Source: Anaerolineales bacterium UBA3499 (GTDB taxonomy: Bacteria > Chloroflexota > Anaerolineae > Anaerolineales > UBA11657). Taken from it: a DNA stretch of 64,000 bases. Positions 54,868-64,000 of the stretch are shown here, one piece after another. A program made the position numbers and the translations under genes. Within the stretch, counting starts at the first letter, position 1; every line of letters begins with the position of its first letter. Below the pieces are notes generated by a model. It did no database searches. It was not told the DNA's origin and saw only the letters and a list, made by a program, of their open reading frames with translations. The stretch lies in assembly GCA_002377585.1 (NCBI GenBank), contig DFQC01000007.1:2706-66705 (forward strand), read 5' to 3'.

Positions 54868-56370
54868 TTAGCTGTTGACATACTGTGGATCTGATAAGTA
54901 ACTTGGTCTACAACATAACACTAGCTGTCTTGCAGCTTGTACTTCGTCCATCCTTGCCGACGGAGTAACATGAGGTGCTGTAAGGAGCAATTCAGGATTG
55001 TTGCGGGCTTCATCAGCTATTTGTATTAAGGCATTTGCAAATTTGTCCAGTGTCTCCCTACTCTCTGTTTCGGTGGGCTCAATCATTAAAGCCTCGTGCA
55101 CAATTAATGGAAAATAGTTTGTAGGTGGGTGAAAACCAAAATCCATGAGACGTTTGCTTATGTCGAGAGCGTGGATTTCTGGAGCATCACTCCAGCGACC
55201 TTCTACAACAAATTCATGCAAACAGGCTCGGTCATATGGCAAGTGATATACATCTTGTACTTTTGATCGTAAATAATTTGCGTTAAGCACAGCATGTTCT
55301 GAGTTGGAGCGGAGTCCTGTGGCTCCATGAATGCGTATATATGTATATGCACGTACCAATACACCGAATTGACCATTGAAAGCTTTCATACGCCCAATTG
55401 TGTGTTTAGGACTGGCAAATCCATATAGGGGTGGGTCCTGATCGTTCCCTTGTTCAACAATCTCTATTATTGGTGTTGGAAGAAAATCGACCAGTCTTTC
55501 TGAGACACCTACTGGTCCTGATCCAGGCCCGCCGCCTCCATGTGGGGTTGAAAATGTTTTGTGTAGGTTGTAGTGCATTACATCAAAACCAATGTCGCCT
55601 GGTCTTACAATTCCTGTAAGAGCATTCATGTTTGCCCCATCTCCGTAAATTAACCCACCACATTCTCGTACTGTTTTTACCACTTCTTCAATTTGTTCCT
55701 CAAACAATCCCAATGTGTTTGGATTGGTTATCATCAGTCCTACAATGTCTTCGCCACATTCGGATTTTAAAGCATCTAGGTCGACATTTCCTCTAGCATC
55801 CGAAGGTAGTTCGATAACCTCTAAACCACTCATTGTTGTACTGGCAGGATTGGTGCCGTGTGCGGAGTCCGGGATTAATATCTTGCGACGCGCGTTGTCT
55901 CCACGAGATAGATGATAATCGCGCATCATCATTATTCCTGTAAGCTCTCCGTGTGCACCAGCAGCTGGCTGCAATGTCACTGCTGCGAAACCTCCGATTT
56001 CCTTGAGCCATTCCTGTAATTCGTACATAAGAGCTAAATTACCTTGCACAGTATTTACATCTTGCAGGGGATGACTATGCATAAATCCTGCTAAGCGGGC
56101 TGCATCTTCGTTGACACGCGGATTGTATTTCATAGTGCAGGAACCAAGAGGATAAAATCCAGAGTCTATTGAATGATTTAATTGAGACAGGCTTTGAAAA
56201 TGACGTATCACATCAAGCTGTGTTAATTCAGGTAGATCTAAATCATCTCGTACAATATCAGTTGGTAATTCTTCAACAGGAACATCTGGCTCTGGAAGAG
56301 TTACTCCACTGCGACCTGGACTACTTAATTCATAAACTGTTGGTTCTGCAATATTGTCAGATATGTTCAT
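54868..56370 (-). CDS. gcvPB: Glycine dehydrogenase (decarboxylating) subunit 2
   Basis: GcvPB-typical sequence with the PLP-Lys context YNLHKTFSTPHGGGGPG. It overlaps gcvPA by 4 nt. Confidence 0.9.
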   Translation of the reverse strand: MNISDNIAEPTVYELSSPGRSGVTLPEPDVPVEELPTDIVRDDLDLPELTQLDVIRHFQSLSQLNHSIDSGFYPLGSCTMKYNPRVNEDAARLAGFMHSHPLQDVNTVQGNLALMYELQEWLKEIGGFAAVTLQPAAGAHGELTGIMMMRDYHLSRGDNARRKILIPDSAHGTNPASTTMSGLEVIELPSDARGNVDLDALKSECGEDIVGLMITNPNTLGLFEEQIEEVVKTVRECGGLIYGDGANMNALTGIVRPGDIGFDVMHYNLHKTFSTPHGGGGPGSGPVGVSERLVDFLPTPIIEIVEQGNDQDPPLYGFASPKHTIGRMKAFNGQFGVLVRAYTYIRIHGATGLRSNSEHAVLNANYLRSKVQDVYHLPYDRACLHEFVVEGRWSDAPEIHALDISKRLMDFGFHPPTNYFPLIVHEALMIEPTETESRETLDKFANALIQIADEARNNPELLLTAPHVTPSARMDEVQAARQLVLCCRPSYLSDPQYVNS

Positions 56371-57707
56371 GATATCTCTCCTAGAGCATCACATAGACAC
56401 TGTATGTCGTCGGTTGAAATCATCTCAGTAAATGCTAATAGCATATGGTCTTTTAGATGTGGATAATCTTGTCCCAAGTCATATCCGCCAATAAGACCAT
56501 ATTCATCAAACAAACTTTTGTTAATCTCTATTATTGGTTTTGTACAATGTACCGCAAACTCATGAAAAAATGGTTGGTCTTTCCGTACTGCAAAACCAGG
56601 AATCTTATCTATTTGTTTGGCAGCATAGTGTGCTTTGTGGTAACAAAGCTCCGAAACTTTACGCAGTCCTTGTTTGCCTAGGACAGACAGATAAATTGCA
56701 GCGGCAGTGACCATTAGACCCTGATTAGTGCAAATATTGGAAGAAGCTTTATCACGACGTATATGTTGCTCGCGAGGAGTTAAAGTAAGCACATAACCTC
56801 GTTTTCCTTTTGCGTCAACCGTTTCACCCACAAGTCTTCCTGACATTTTTCGCACGTATTTTTCGCGTGTCGCGAAAAATCCCAAATAAGGTCCTCCATA
56901 TGATAATGGGATACCTAGTGGTTGTCCTTCACCTACAACAATGTCAGCCCCATATTCTCCAGGTGGTTTCATAGTACCCAACGTGATTGGATTGGATATG
57001 ACGCAAAATAAGGCACCTACATCTTTGACTGCATTTTCAATTCCTTGCAAGTCTTCTAGTTCTCCCAAGAAATTAGGATTTTGGATGATGAAAAGTGCAG
57101 TTTGATCGTCTAATTCAGTTAACAAATCGTCCAAATCTGCTTCTAGGTTTTCTTGGCCAACGATGGTCAAACCCATTCCTTGTGTATATGTGTTTATTAC
57201 TTGTCGGTAATGCGGATGAATCGTAGGGGAGATTATTATCTTTGTTCTTTTGCCGCGGAAGTGATTGAGAGCCATGATAATAGCTTCTGCTGTAGATGTT
57301 GCACCATCATAGTGGCTTGAGTTTGCTACTTCCATTCCAGTAAGAGCGCATATCATGCTTTGAAACTCAAACATAGTTTGTAGTGTCCCTTGTGACACTT
57401 CTGGTTGATATGGGGTGTATGCGGTCAGATTCTCTCCGCGTAACAGCATATGATTGACTAGTGATGGCACATAATGATGATATGCGCCTGCACCTAGGAA
57501 ACACGGGTAGTGAGTTGCTTCTGCGTTGGATTCGGACAGCTCTTGCAATTCCTTAAGTACTTCCAATTCTGAAAGTGGTCCTGGCATATTAAGCTGGGGA
57601 AATCGGTGTTCATTGGGAATTGTTTCGAAAAAAGCTTCTAGATTTTCGACTCCACAAGCTGCAAGCATTTTCTCTCTATCTAATTCTGTGTGTGGTAGAT
57701 AACTCAT
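56367..57707 (-). CDS. gcvPA: Glycine dehydrogenase (decarboxylating) subunit 1
   Basis: GcvPA-typical sequence (YTPYQPEVSQGTLQ). It follows gcvH. Confidence 0.9.
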   Translation of the reverse strand: MSYLPHTELDREKMLAACGVENLEAFFETIPNEHRFPQLNMPGPLSELEVLKELQELSESNAEATHYPCFLGAGAYHHYVPSLVNHMLLRGENLTAYTPYQPEVSQGTLQTMFEFQSMICALTGMEVANSSHYDGATSTAEAIIMALNHFRGKRTKIIISPTIHPHYRQVINTYTQGMGLTIVGQENLEADLDDLLTELDDQTALFIIQNPNFLGELEDLQGIENAVKDVGALFCVISNPITLGTMKPPGEYGADIVVGEGQPLGIPLSYGGPYLGFFATREKYVRKMSGRLVGETVDAKGKRGYVLTLTPREQHIRRDKASSNICTNQGLMVTAAAIYLSVLGKQGLRKVSELCYHKAHYAAKQIDKIPGFAVRKDQPFFHEFAVHCTKPIIEINKSLFDEYGLIGGYDLGQDYPHLKDHMLLAFTEMISTDDIQCLCDALGEIS

Positions 57708-57760
57708 TGTTTGATCACCTTACATGTGTTAGGAAAATGTATTCAGAAATTACATGTTAG

Positions 57761-58156
57761 CTATGAGCTGCGAGAATCACAGTAATCTGCATATGTTGAT
57801 GCGTCCATTAATTCTTCAACTTGACTTACATCTTGTACATCAATCTTGACGAACCAAGCACCTTCGTACGGCTCTAGATTTATTAGCTCCGGCTGGTCTT
57901 CTAGGTCGTTATTGACTTCAGTGATTTTAGCCATAACAGGCATATTTACATCTGCAGCAGCTTTCACGGATTCTACAGTTGCAAAAATATCATCCTTGCT
58001 GAAAGATTCGTCAATTGTAGGCAGCTCTAAATATACTATGTCTGATAGTTGGTCTTGAGCATAGTCAGTTATTCCTATCAAAGCAGACTGTCCATCTAGC
58101 ATTACCCATTCATCGGTTTTTGTGTACAGCCTGTCTTCTGGGGTTTTCCATGGCAT
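57761..58156 (-). CDS. gcvH: Glycine cleavage system H protein
   Basis: Lipoyl-Lys motif TVESVKAA. The ATG at 58156 has a GAGGAGG Shine-Dalgarno sequence. The track's longer ORF (to 58237) runs through the riboswitch terminator. Confidence 0.9.
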   Translation of the reverse strand: MPWKTPEDRLYTKTDEWVMLDGQSALIGITDYAQDQLSDIVYLELPTIDESFSKDDIFATVESVKAAADVNMPVMAKITEVNNDLEDQPELINLEPYEGAWFVKIDVQDVSQVEELMDASTYADYCDSRSS

Positions 58157-58192
58157 TTTGTAATCCTCCTCGTGATACTTGTTTGCTGAAAC

Positions 58193-58229
58193 AAAAAAAG
58201 GAGACGCAATTGTCCAGATTAGCGTCTCC
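58193..58229 (-). terminator. Riboswitch expression-platform terminator
   Basis: On the minus strand, GGAGACGC-14 nt-GCGTCTCC is followed by TTTTTTT. Its 5' arm overlaps the 3' side of aptamer-2 P1 (CAGAGG). Confidence 0.75.
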
Positions 58230-58415
58230 TCTGTCATATACCTGAGAGATTCACCCTATTTACATCAGGGCTTGCCCCGTCGGTGTCATTAGACTTTCCA
58301 GAGGTTATACAGTTGTCGAGTCCTTTTACCTGAGAGTTTCATCCATTTTGTTGGATTTGCCCCTTCGGTGCCTCACTAGCTTAGGAATATTGTGAAGGTC
58401 TCTCCTCGGCAACTG
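58228..58415 (-). promoter_or_regulatory. Tandem glycine riboswitch (two aptamers)
   Basis: On the minus strand, aptamer 1 reads GGAGAG...CACCGAAGGGGCAA...CTCTCAGG. Aptamer 2 reads CCTCTGGAAAG...CACCGACGGGGCAA...CTCTCAGG...CAGAGG. Both lie upstream of gcvH-PA-PB. Confidence 0.85.
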
Positions 58416-58432
58416 GTGAATTGTTACTTCTA

Positions 58433-58461
58433 ATTTTATTGTTAGGTAAGATAGTTGTCAA
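58433..58461 (-). promoter_or_regulatory. Near-consensus sigma70 promoter of the riboswitch-gcv operon
   Basis: On the minus strand, TTGACA is followed by a 17-nt spacer and TAAAAT, just upstream of aptamer 1. Confidence 0.6.
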
Positions 58462-58471
58462 GGCTCAACAA

Positions 58472-59668
58472 TTATTGTTTGAGGTTTGTTATTTGTACAA
58501 GCAATTTTTCAAACGAGATGGTTATGATTGACCAGTTACAATGTTTTTCTACAAACCTGCGTGCTTTAGCACCTTCCTTTAATCTGTTGTTCTGTTCCAT
58601 CATGTCTTTGAGAGTCTGTACTAAATAGTCAGACTCCGTATATATTATTCCGTTTCCAGATGGAACTTCTTGTATAAGACCGGGCAGCTTACTAGCAAGC
58701 ACCGGACGACTACAGGCTAGGTATTCATAGACTTTTATCGGTAATATATCCCGTGTTGTAGGATTGAGGGTAGAGTATAAAAGGCAAATGTCCGCCGCTG
58801 AAATTAGTGTTGGGATGTTTTTATATGGTTGATGCCCTGTAAATATAACACGATTTTGCAGTCTCAGTTTCTCACTCAGTGCTACTAAATTGTCTTCCAT
58901 TTCACCTGTGCCTACCACCATTATTTTCAATGATTGCGGCATACTTGGCAAAATGCGCATAATTGTATCGATTCCTGAGAATTCATATAACCATCCAACA
59001 AATATCAATAATACATCGCTTGAAGCTATTCCCCATTTAGCGCGTATGTCATTGATATCTTTGTTATTTCTTGATTCAAATAAATCTAGGTCAACTCCGG
59101 TGCCTACCATATGTGCATAATCGGGATTAGCACCATGTTGTAATCCATACTCTTTAAGTTTTTGATTAATATAGATTGTCGCATTAGAGTTGCGGAGAAG
59201 AATAGTTTCCATCCAGTAAGCAAATGGTCGTAACCATCTGTAGGGAACAAGTGTATGCAGTGCATCAATTACATGGAGTACGAAAGGGATATTCTTGATC
59301 TTTGCTATTGCTAGTGCACATAGACCTGTAGATATAGCATAATTGACAATTACATCTGGACGAATTGTCTTAGTGATTCGCATTATTTCTATGAAGAAGG
59401 TCACCATAGATACAATTCTTGCTAGTCCAGGTAATCTTATGGTTGCTGGCCGTATTACACACACATTTGCTTCATCATCTGTGCGAGTTATGCGCTCATA
59501 TATTAAACGAGGGGCAACTAGTGGTGAATATGGCCAGGGTGTGTAATTAATTTCAAAATCCAATACCGTTACTCTGTGGCCGATTTTGGACAATCTTTCG
59601 AATAAGTGGTGCTGTTGGTGTGGTCCTCTTCGGATCCAGTCAGTTTCTTGTATAACTAGAAAATTCAT
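58472..59668 (-). CDS. GT4-family (GT-B) glycosyltransferase
   Basis: 398 aa. The C-terminal half has an E-x7-E-like segment (KVYEYLACSRPVLAS), typical of group-1 glycosyltransferases. Confidence 0.7.
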   Translation of the reverse strand: MNFLVIQETDWIRRGPHQQHHLFERLSKIGHRVTVLDFEINYTPWPYSPLVAPRLIYERITRTDDEANVCVIRPATIRLPGLARIVSMVTFFIEIMRITKTIRPDVIVNYAISTGLCALAIAKIKNIPFVLHVIDALHTLVPYRWLRPFAYWMETILLRNSNATIYINQKLKEYGLQHGANPDYAHMVGTGVDLDLFESRNNKDINDIRAKWGIASSDVLLIFVGWLYEFSGIDTIMRILPSMPQSLKIMVVGTGEMEDNLVALSEKLRLQNRVIFTGHQPYKNIPTLISAADICLLYSTLNPTTRDILPIKVYEYLACSRPVLASKLPGLIQEVPSGNGIIYTESDYLVQTLKDMMEQNNRLKEGAKARRFVEKHCNWSIITISFEKLLVQITNLKQ

Positions 59669-59721
59669 ATTTGTGTGTTTACCATTGGATAAAGCACAGA
59701 AAAAAGGTACAATTTCTGGCT

Positions 59722-60708
59722 ATGCGTGATAAAACCATATTAGTTACAGGCGGTGCTGGATACATTGGTTCAGTTTGCACAGAATTATTGTTAGCAACTG
59801 GATATCATGTGATTGTTCTCGATAATCTTCAAACAGGTCATCGTAAGGCAGTGCATCCAAAGGCAGAATTTATTAATGGCAACATTGGCAACAAGAGTCT
59901 ACTAGGCAGACTGTTTAATGGCAACAGTATCATAGCAGTTATCCATTTTGCTGCCGAAACATTAGTTACTGCTGCAAATACGAAACCACAATCATATTTG
60001 GCTAACAATCTGGTGCAGGGAATACACTTGCTAGATAGTATGCTTAAATATGGATGTCGACAGATAGTTTTTTCTTCCACAGCTGCTGTATATGGTGAAC
60101 CAAATGATGTGCCTATCAAAGAGACACACAGCACAAATCCTTTGAATGCATATGGTGACTCTAAGCTTATGTTTGAGAAAGTCCTGAAGCATTATGGCAA
60201 TGCTTATGGGATCAAATCAGTGATTTTTAGATATTTCAATGCTGCAGGTTGTACTAAGTATTATGGTGAGTTACATAATCCTGAAACTCATTTGTTGCCA
60301 TTAATTTTGCGTGTGCCACTTCGTCAGAGTAAGCACATCAATATTTTTGGAGACGATTATGATACAAGGGACGGAACCTGTATTAGAGATTATGTGCATG
60401 TTTCTGATATTGCAAATGCTCATTTACTTGCCCTTGAAGGAATAGAGGATCTTAATAATCCTACATATAATCTTGGCAATGGCACAGGTTTTACAGTTAG
60501 GGAAGTAATTTCTACTGCAGAGCGAATTGCGCAACATACAATTCCTGTACGAATAAAACCACGACGTCCTGGAGACCCAGCTGTTCTTGTCGCTTCAGCA
60601 GATAAAGTTAGAGACCAGTTAGGATGGCATCCAAACTACACCGATCTAGAGAGCATAGTTGAATCATCGTGGTCATGGCACATAAGACATAAGGATGGAT
60701 ATGATTAG
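59722..60708 (+). CDS. galE: UDP-glucose 4-epimerase
   Basis: ILVTGGAGYIGS and YGDSKLMFE (YxxxK). I prefer the ATG at 59722 over the TTG at 59671. Confidence 0.85.
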   Translation: MRDKTILVTGGAGYIGSVCTELLLATGYHVIVLDNLQTGHRKAVHPKAEFINGNIGNKSLLGRLFNGNSIIAVIHFAAETLVTAANTKPQSYLANNLVQGIHLLDSMLKYGCRQIVFSSTAAVYGEPNDVPIKETHSTNPLNAYGDSKLMFEKVLKHYGNAYGIKSVIFRYFNAAGCTKYYGELHNPETHLLPLILRVPLRQSKHINIFGDDYDTRDGTCIRDYVHVSDIANAHLLALEGIEDLNNPTYNLGNGTGFTVREVISTAERIAQHTIPVRIKPRRPGDPAVLVASADKVRDQLGWHPNYTDLESIVESSWSWHIRHKDGYD

Positions 60709-61450
60709 AGTAAAAAATACTGATTCGGATAATGTAGATGTAGAAATAGATGTTTCTATTGTTATGCCTTGTCTCAATGAGGCTAAGACCATTGTGCAAT
60801 GCATTCAAGAAGCCAATGATTTTTTTGAACATGCAGATTTGTGTGGTGAAGTTGTAGTAGCTGACAATGGATCAACTGATGATTCTGTGTCCCTTGCGAA
60901 AGCTAATAATGCAATAGTTGTCCATGCATCTGAAAAGGGTTATGGTAATGCTTGTAGGGTTGGGATGAATGCGGCTCGTGGCAAATACGTGTTCAAAATG
61001 GATGCAGATGCAACTTATGTTTGTGCTGATATAACAGAGTTTTTGATAAAGTTTGAGGATGGCTATGACTATGTCATTGGTAGTCGTCTAAGAGGTGAAA
61101 TCCTTTCAGGAGCAATGCCATTTTCTCATCGATACATTGGTAATCCTGTAATGAGTATAATGGCTCGAATATTATGTAGGACCGGTATATCAGACATTTG
61201 TTGTGGACTAAAGGGTTTCAAAAAGACGGCTCTGGATGGATTGGAATTTCAGTCTCATGGAATGGTGTTTGGCCCAGAAACTACAATAAAGAGCCGGCAA
61301 CATGGTTTGAGTATAGCTGAGGTACCAATTACTTATAGGCCTGATAAGCGTGATAGCCATACTAATCTAAGAAGATACAGAGATGGGTTTAACAACGTTG
61401 TTTTTATTTTGCGGGAAAGTTTTATATTTAGGAAGTATCAAGCAAAATAA
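60695..61450 (+). CDS. GT2-family glycosyltransferase (polyprenol-phosphate sugar synthase-like)
   Basis: VSIVMPCLNEAKTI, VADNGSTDDS and KMDADAT (DxD). It overlaps galE by 14 nt. Confidence 0.75.
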   Translation: MDMIRVKNTDSDNVDVEIDVSIVMPCLNEAKTIVQCIQEANDFFEHADLCGEVVVADNGSTDDSVSLAKANNAIVVHASEKGYGNACRVGMNAARGKYVFKMDADATYVCADITEFLIKFEDGYDYVIGSRLRGEILSGAMPFSHRYIGNPVMSIMARILCRTGISDICCGLKGFKKTALDGLEFQSHGMVFGPETTIKSRQHGLSIAEVPITYRPDKRDSHTNLRRYRDGFNNVVFILRESFIFRKYQAK

Positions 61451-61454
61451 CAAT

Positions 61455-63215
61455 CTAGTTTGTTAGCACTTCGTAGATTGCCATCTTGTGGTGTGGTCCT
61501 GTATATAACAGCTTAAATTTTTTGGGATCATTGAGATATATATACGGATTGGAATCTTTTTGTGATGTAGTGTCGTACACCAACTGTGCTCTAGAGCCTA
61601 CTATAAATAAGTCATGGTCTTGGAGTTCCTGTGTACTAGGGTAACCAACTGAAATGTCGTAATTAACCAAATAGTACCTTAGGCGACCATCTGTGGAATA
61701 TATGAGCGTTTCAGAGTTGCTATTGTCAAGTAGATACTGCACAGTATGATATAAGTCGCCTTTAGCTCGATACACTCTTTCTGTGTAAGAAGCTTGAGGG
61801 TTTGTGACCCACTGTATGATGCCCCCCAGACGTGATTGATACACTCCAATAGCAGTGATTATAATAATTGAGCTGAGCAATATAAGCGAAGATAGTTTTG
61901 GGTACAATTTAAACCTAATTCTCGACAAAATTGCGTCCAATACTCCTCCCGCTAGTATTGCGTAGAATGGTAGTATCGATAATAGGAATCGTGGATCGAA
62001 TGAGAAGCGCCACCACCATAATAAGGTATATGGGACGCACCATAATAATATACGTTGTATAGCTTGGTTTTTGAAAGTGCAAAATGCCCATATTAATCCT
62101 GCAATGTAGATAGGAGAAGTAGCTAGACCAAATTCGGAAAATCTTCCGATAAAAGGGACTATTTGTTCAGGCGTGTTGTTAGCATTCATTATGTGAAATA
62201 GTCCTGCGCTAGGTACTGCTGAGGCCCAACCATCGTAATATGCATTACGTATGTACCACCAGCCACCTACCAATATAGTGGTGAAGAAAATAACTATCAC
62301 ATGGTTTGACAGGAAGCGGCTATATTGTTTGTTGCCAGAGTTGTGATTCTTCACTATCATTTGTATACATATAATTGCTAATGGACCGATAATTGCGAAT
62401 CCAGCCTGTTTGGTCCATATGCCAACCCCGGCCACCATTCCAGTCACTATTGCCCAATCTATCTGTTGATTCCTTCGCCATATTTCAACAGTAAACGCAC
62501 ATGTGGCGAAACATAACCCAGTGGCTATATCTACATATCCTACCGGAGACCAATGTATAAACAATGGTGTGGAGGCCAGCACAAATGCAGCAGTATATCC
62601 TGCTCTTTTACCAAACCAATATCGTGCAAGACCATATGTCACCAGAATAGTCATTGCGGAGATAATTACCGGATATAGTTTTGCGACTTGTTCCACTATT
62701 TGCCCAGCAGCAAAAAAATTACTAGCATATATTGCAGGTAACAGAGGTGGATATCCGCGAATTGCAGAAGTCAGCTCTTGTCTTTCATACATTAGTCTAG
62801 CGTAATACGCATATCGACTTATTTCATCATCTCCGGTAAATGGGTAGTATGTGGCTTGGGCTATGATAACTACAAAAACAAAAGCAATAGCAGACCCAAC
62901 CATTATCTTTATGGGATCGTCACGTGTCTTTTTCCACCATGTTGAATTGTATTTTAGATGTTGAGGCCATTTCCCGATTATTGTACTAATAGCCAATAAA
63001 CTTACTAAGATAATCCATACTAGTCCACTGGTGATGATATGGAATGCAACTAATATGAATATTATTGTAAATAGACCTAGACCTAGAATTACACATAGCG
63101 GCCAAAACAAAGTAGTGGGAGGATCCAAGCGAGACTTGTGTATCAATGGCACTATATATACTATAGATAATGGTACTGCAACCAACGCCAGCACGTAGTT
63201 TATGACTGTAATCAA
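61455..63215 (-). CDS. GT-C-fold membrane glycosyltransferase (ArnT/PMT_2-like)
   Basis: 586 aa with more than 10 helices. The first periplasmic loop carries an acidic motif (FTGDDEISRYAYYA), and there is a soluble C-terminal domain. Confidence 0.65.
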   Translation of the reverse strand: MITVINYVLALVAVPLSIVYIVPLIHKSRLDPPTTLFWPLCVILGLGLFTIIFILVAFHIITSGLVWIILVSLLAISTIIGKWPQHLKYNSTWWKKTRDDPIKIMVGSAIAFVFVVIIAQATYYPFTGDDEISRYAYYARLMYERQELTSAIRGYPPLLPAIYASNFFAAGQIVEQVAKLYPVIISAMTILVTYGLARYWFGKRAGYTAAFVLASTPLFIHWSPVGYVDIATGLCFATCAFTVEIWRRNQQIDWAIVTGMVAGVGIWTKQAGFAIIGPLAIICIQMIVKNHNSGNKQYSRFLSNHVIVIFFTTILVGGWWYIRNAYYDGWASAVPSAGLFHIMNANNTPEQIVPFIGRFSEFGLATSPIYIAGLIWAFCTFKNQAIQRILLWCVPYTLLWWWRFSFDPRFLLSILPFYAILAGGVLDAILSRIRFKLYPKLSSLILLSSIIIITAIGVYQSRLGGIIQWVTNPQASYTERVYRAKGDLYHTVQYLLDNSNSETLIYSTDGRLRYYLVNYDISVGYPSTQELQDHDLFIVGSRAQLVYDTTSQKDSNPYIYLNDPKKFKLLYTGPHHKMAIYEVLTN

Positions 63216-64000
63216 TGTTTTATTTCGCCAATTTTATAGATTGCAATGTTGTCAGTATATTGATAGAACAACGGTAGAATGTTTGTATCACCTAAGCTAC
63301 TAACGACCTCATTATTAGTAGTATCATAAAATTCATATACCAAATCTGCTGTTGGTGAAGTGACTAGATATTCATACCCAAGCAAATCGTTCAAGACGAA
63401 AGGGTACCCTTGCTTGAATTCATAATCGTGTAACCAATAAGCTAGCGCACCATCTACGGCATATATTTTTGATCCGGGTTGGATTGTTGATCGGATATGC
63501 TTTACTAAAGTCCATGATTCTGCACTCAAACGTTGTAGCTTTTCATCATCAGTTTGCATAGGGTGAATTATTAGGTTGTACACAGCTCCCAGACGACCTA
63601 CTGAGCCAGAAAGGACTAGTGCAATTGCTAGTACTATAGTTATCAAGGTTTGACGATTGAATGTGTAGGGTATTCGGTTTAATGCCCAGTCTATTCCATG
63701 ACCTGCTATAGCTGCGTACATGGGCATTGAACTTAGCAAGTAACGAGTATCATACGAAAAGTTTTGCCACCATATAATATGATAGGGTATCACAAAAGCT
63801 GCGAGTAGCCACGAGCGAGACATTCTTTCAATGGACTTATGTGACACATTATCGACCTCTGGTTTCCAGAAATATATACTACACAATATAAGTCCAAGTA
63901 CAATGGATGTCCCCAACCAAATGCCCCACTCTTCAGTTGAACTAATGAACGTAGCTAACTGATAGACGGAATTGTTAATGTATTGTGCATCATATGCGCC
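63212..64000 (-). CDS. GT-C-fold membrane glycosyltransferase paralog (C-terminal part; truncated by the window end)
   Basis: The reading frame stays open upstream of the track's TTG at 63916 to position 64000. The C-terminal domain aligns with that of 61455..63215 (...GYP...DLVY...AIYK(I)/AIYE(V)). Confidence 0.6.
   Translation of the reverse strand, partial: GAYDAQYINNSVYQLATFISSTEEWGIWLGTSIVLGLILCSIYFWKPEVDNVSHKSIERMSRSWLLAAFVIPYHIIWWQNFSYDTRYLLSSMPMYAAIAGHGIDWALNRIPYTFNRQTLITIVLAIALVLSGSVGRLGAVYNLIIHPMQTDDEKLQRLSAESWTLVKHIRSTIQPGSKIYAVDGALAYWLHDYEFKQGYPFVLNDLLGYEYLVTSPTADLVYEFYDTTNNEVVSSLGDTNILPLFYQYTDNIAIYKIGEIKH

Noticed and set aside
58157-58237. The 27-aa N-terminal extension of gcvH in the track ORF
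   Set aside because: It runs through the riboswitch terminator stem and U-tract. The ATG at 58156 has a GAGGAGG Shine-Dalgarno sequence and gives a standard GcvH N-terminus.

Overview
This is a bacterial window, moderately AT-rich. Evidence for bacterial origin: a tandem glycine riboswitch, sigma70-like promoters, Shine-Dalgarno sites, and split gcvPA/gcvPB. I cannot assign a lineage from sequence alone. About 60 genes are densely packed and often translationally coupled. Positions 1 to ~48.9 kb form one very large catabolic locus with extreme paralog expansion: six IUNH-type nucleoside hydrolases, eight PfkB/ribokinase-family kinases, one ADP-ribosylglycohydrolase, two double-SIS (FrlB/AgaS-like) proteins, two TrpF-like barrels plus a BtpA-like barrel, an adenosine-deaminase-family protein and an MtaD/TRZ-type deaminase. 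It also holds a CUT1-type ABC importer without an ATPase, an MFS transporter and two half-size DMT transporters. The left flank (1.3-16.5 kb, minus strand) is a 14-gene array with a molybdenum hydroxylase carrying two full-length large subunits (L-L-M-S) and several ring-opening or amidohydrolase-type enzymes, next to a nicotinamidase-like gene. I saw no nucleoside phosphorylase, phosphopentomutase, aldolase, transcription factor, integrase or transposase. The most unusual gene is a fusion of a PfkB kinase to a QNG1/DUF2419-like nucleotide N-glycosylase domain that ends in an EndoIII-like four-Cys motif (47153..48958). Three tRNAs (Ser, Ser, Arg) mark the right border of the locus. Beyond them lie housekeeping genes: acpS, an M16 peptidase pair, ugd, rnz, riboswitch-controlled gcvH-PA-PB, and a glycosylation module (GT4, galE, GT2, two GT-C paralogs, the last cut by the window end). 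All functional calls rest on motif recognition by eye. No database search was run.
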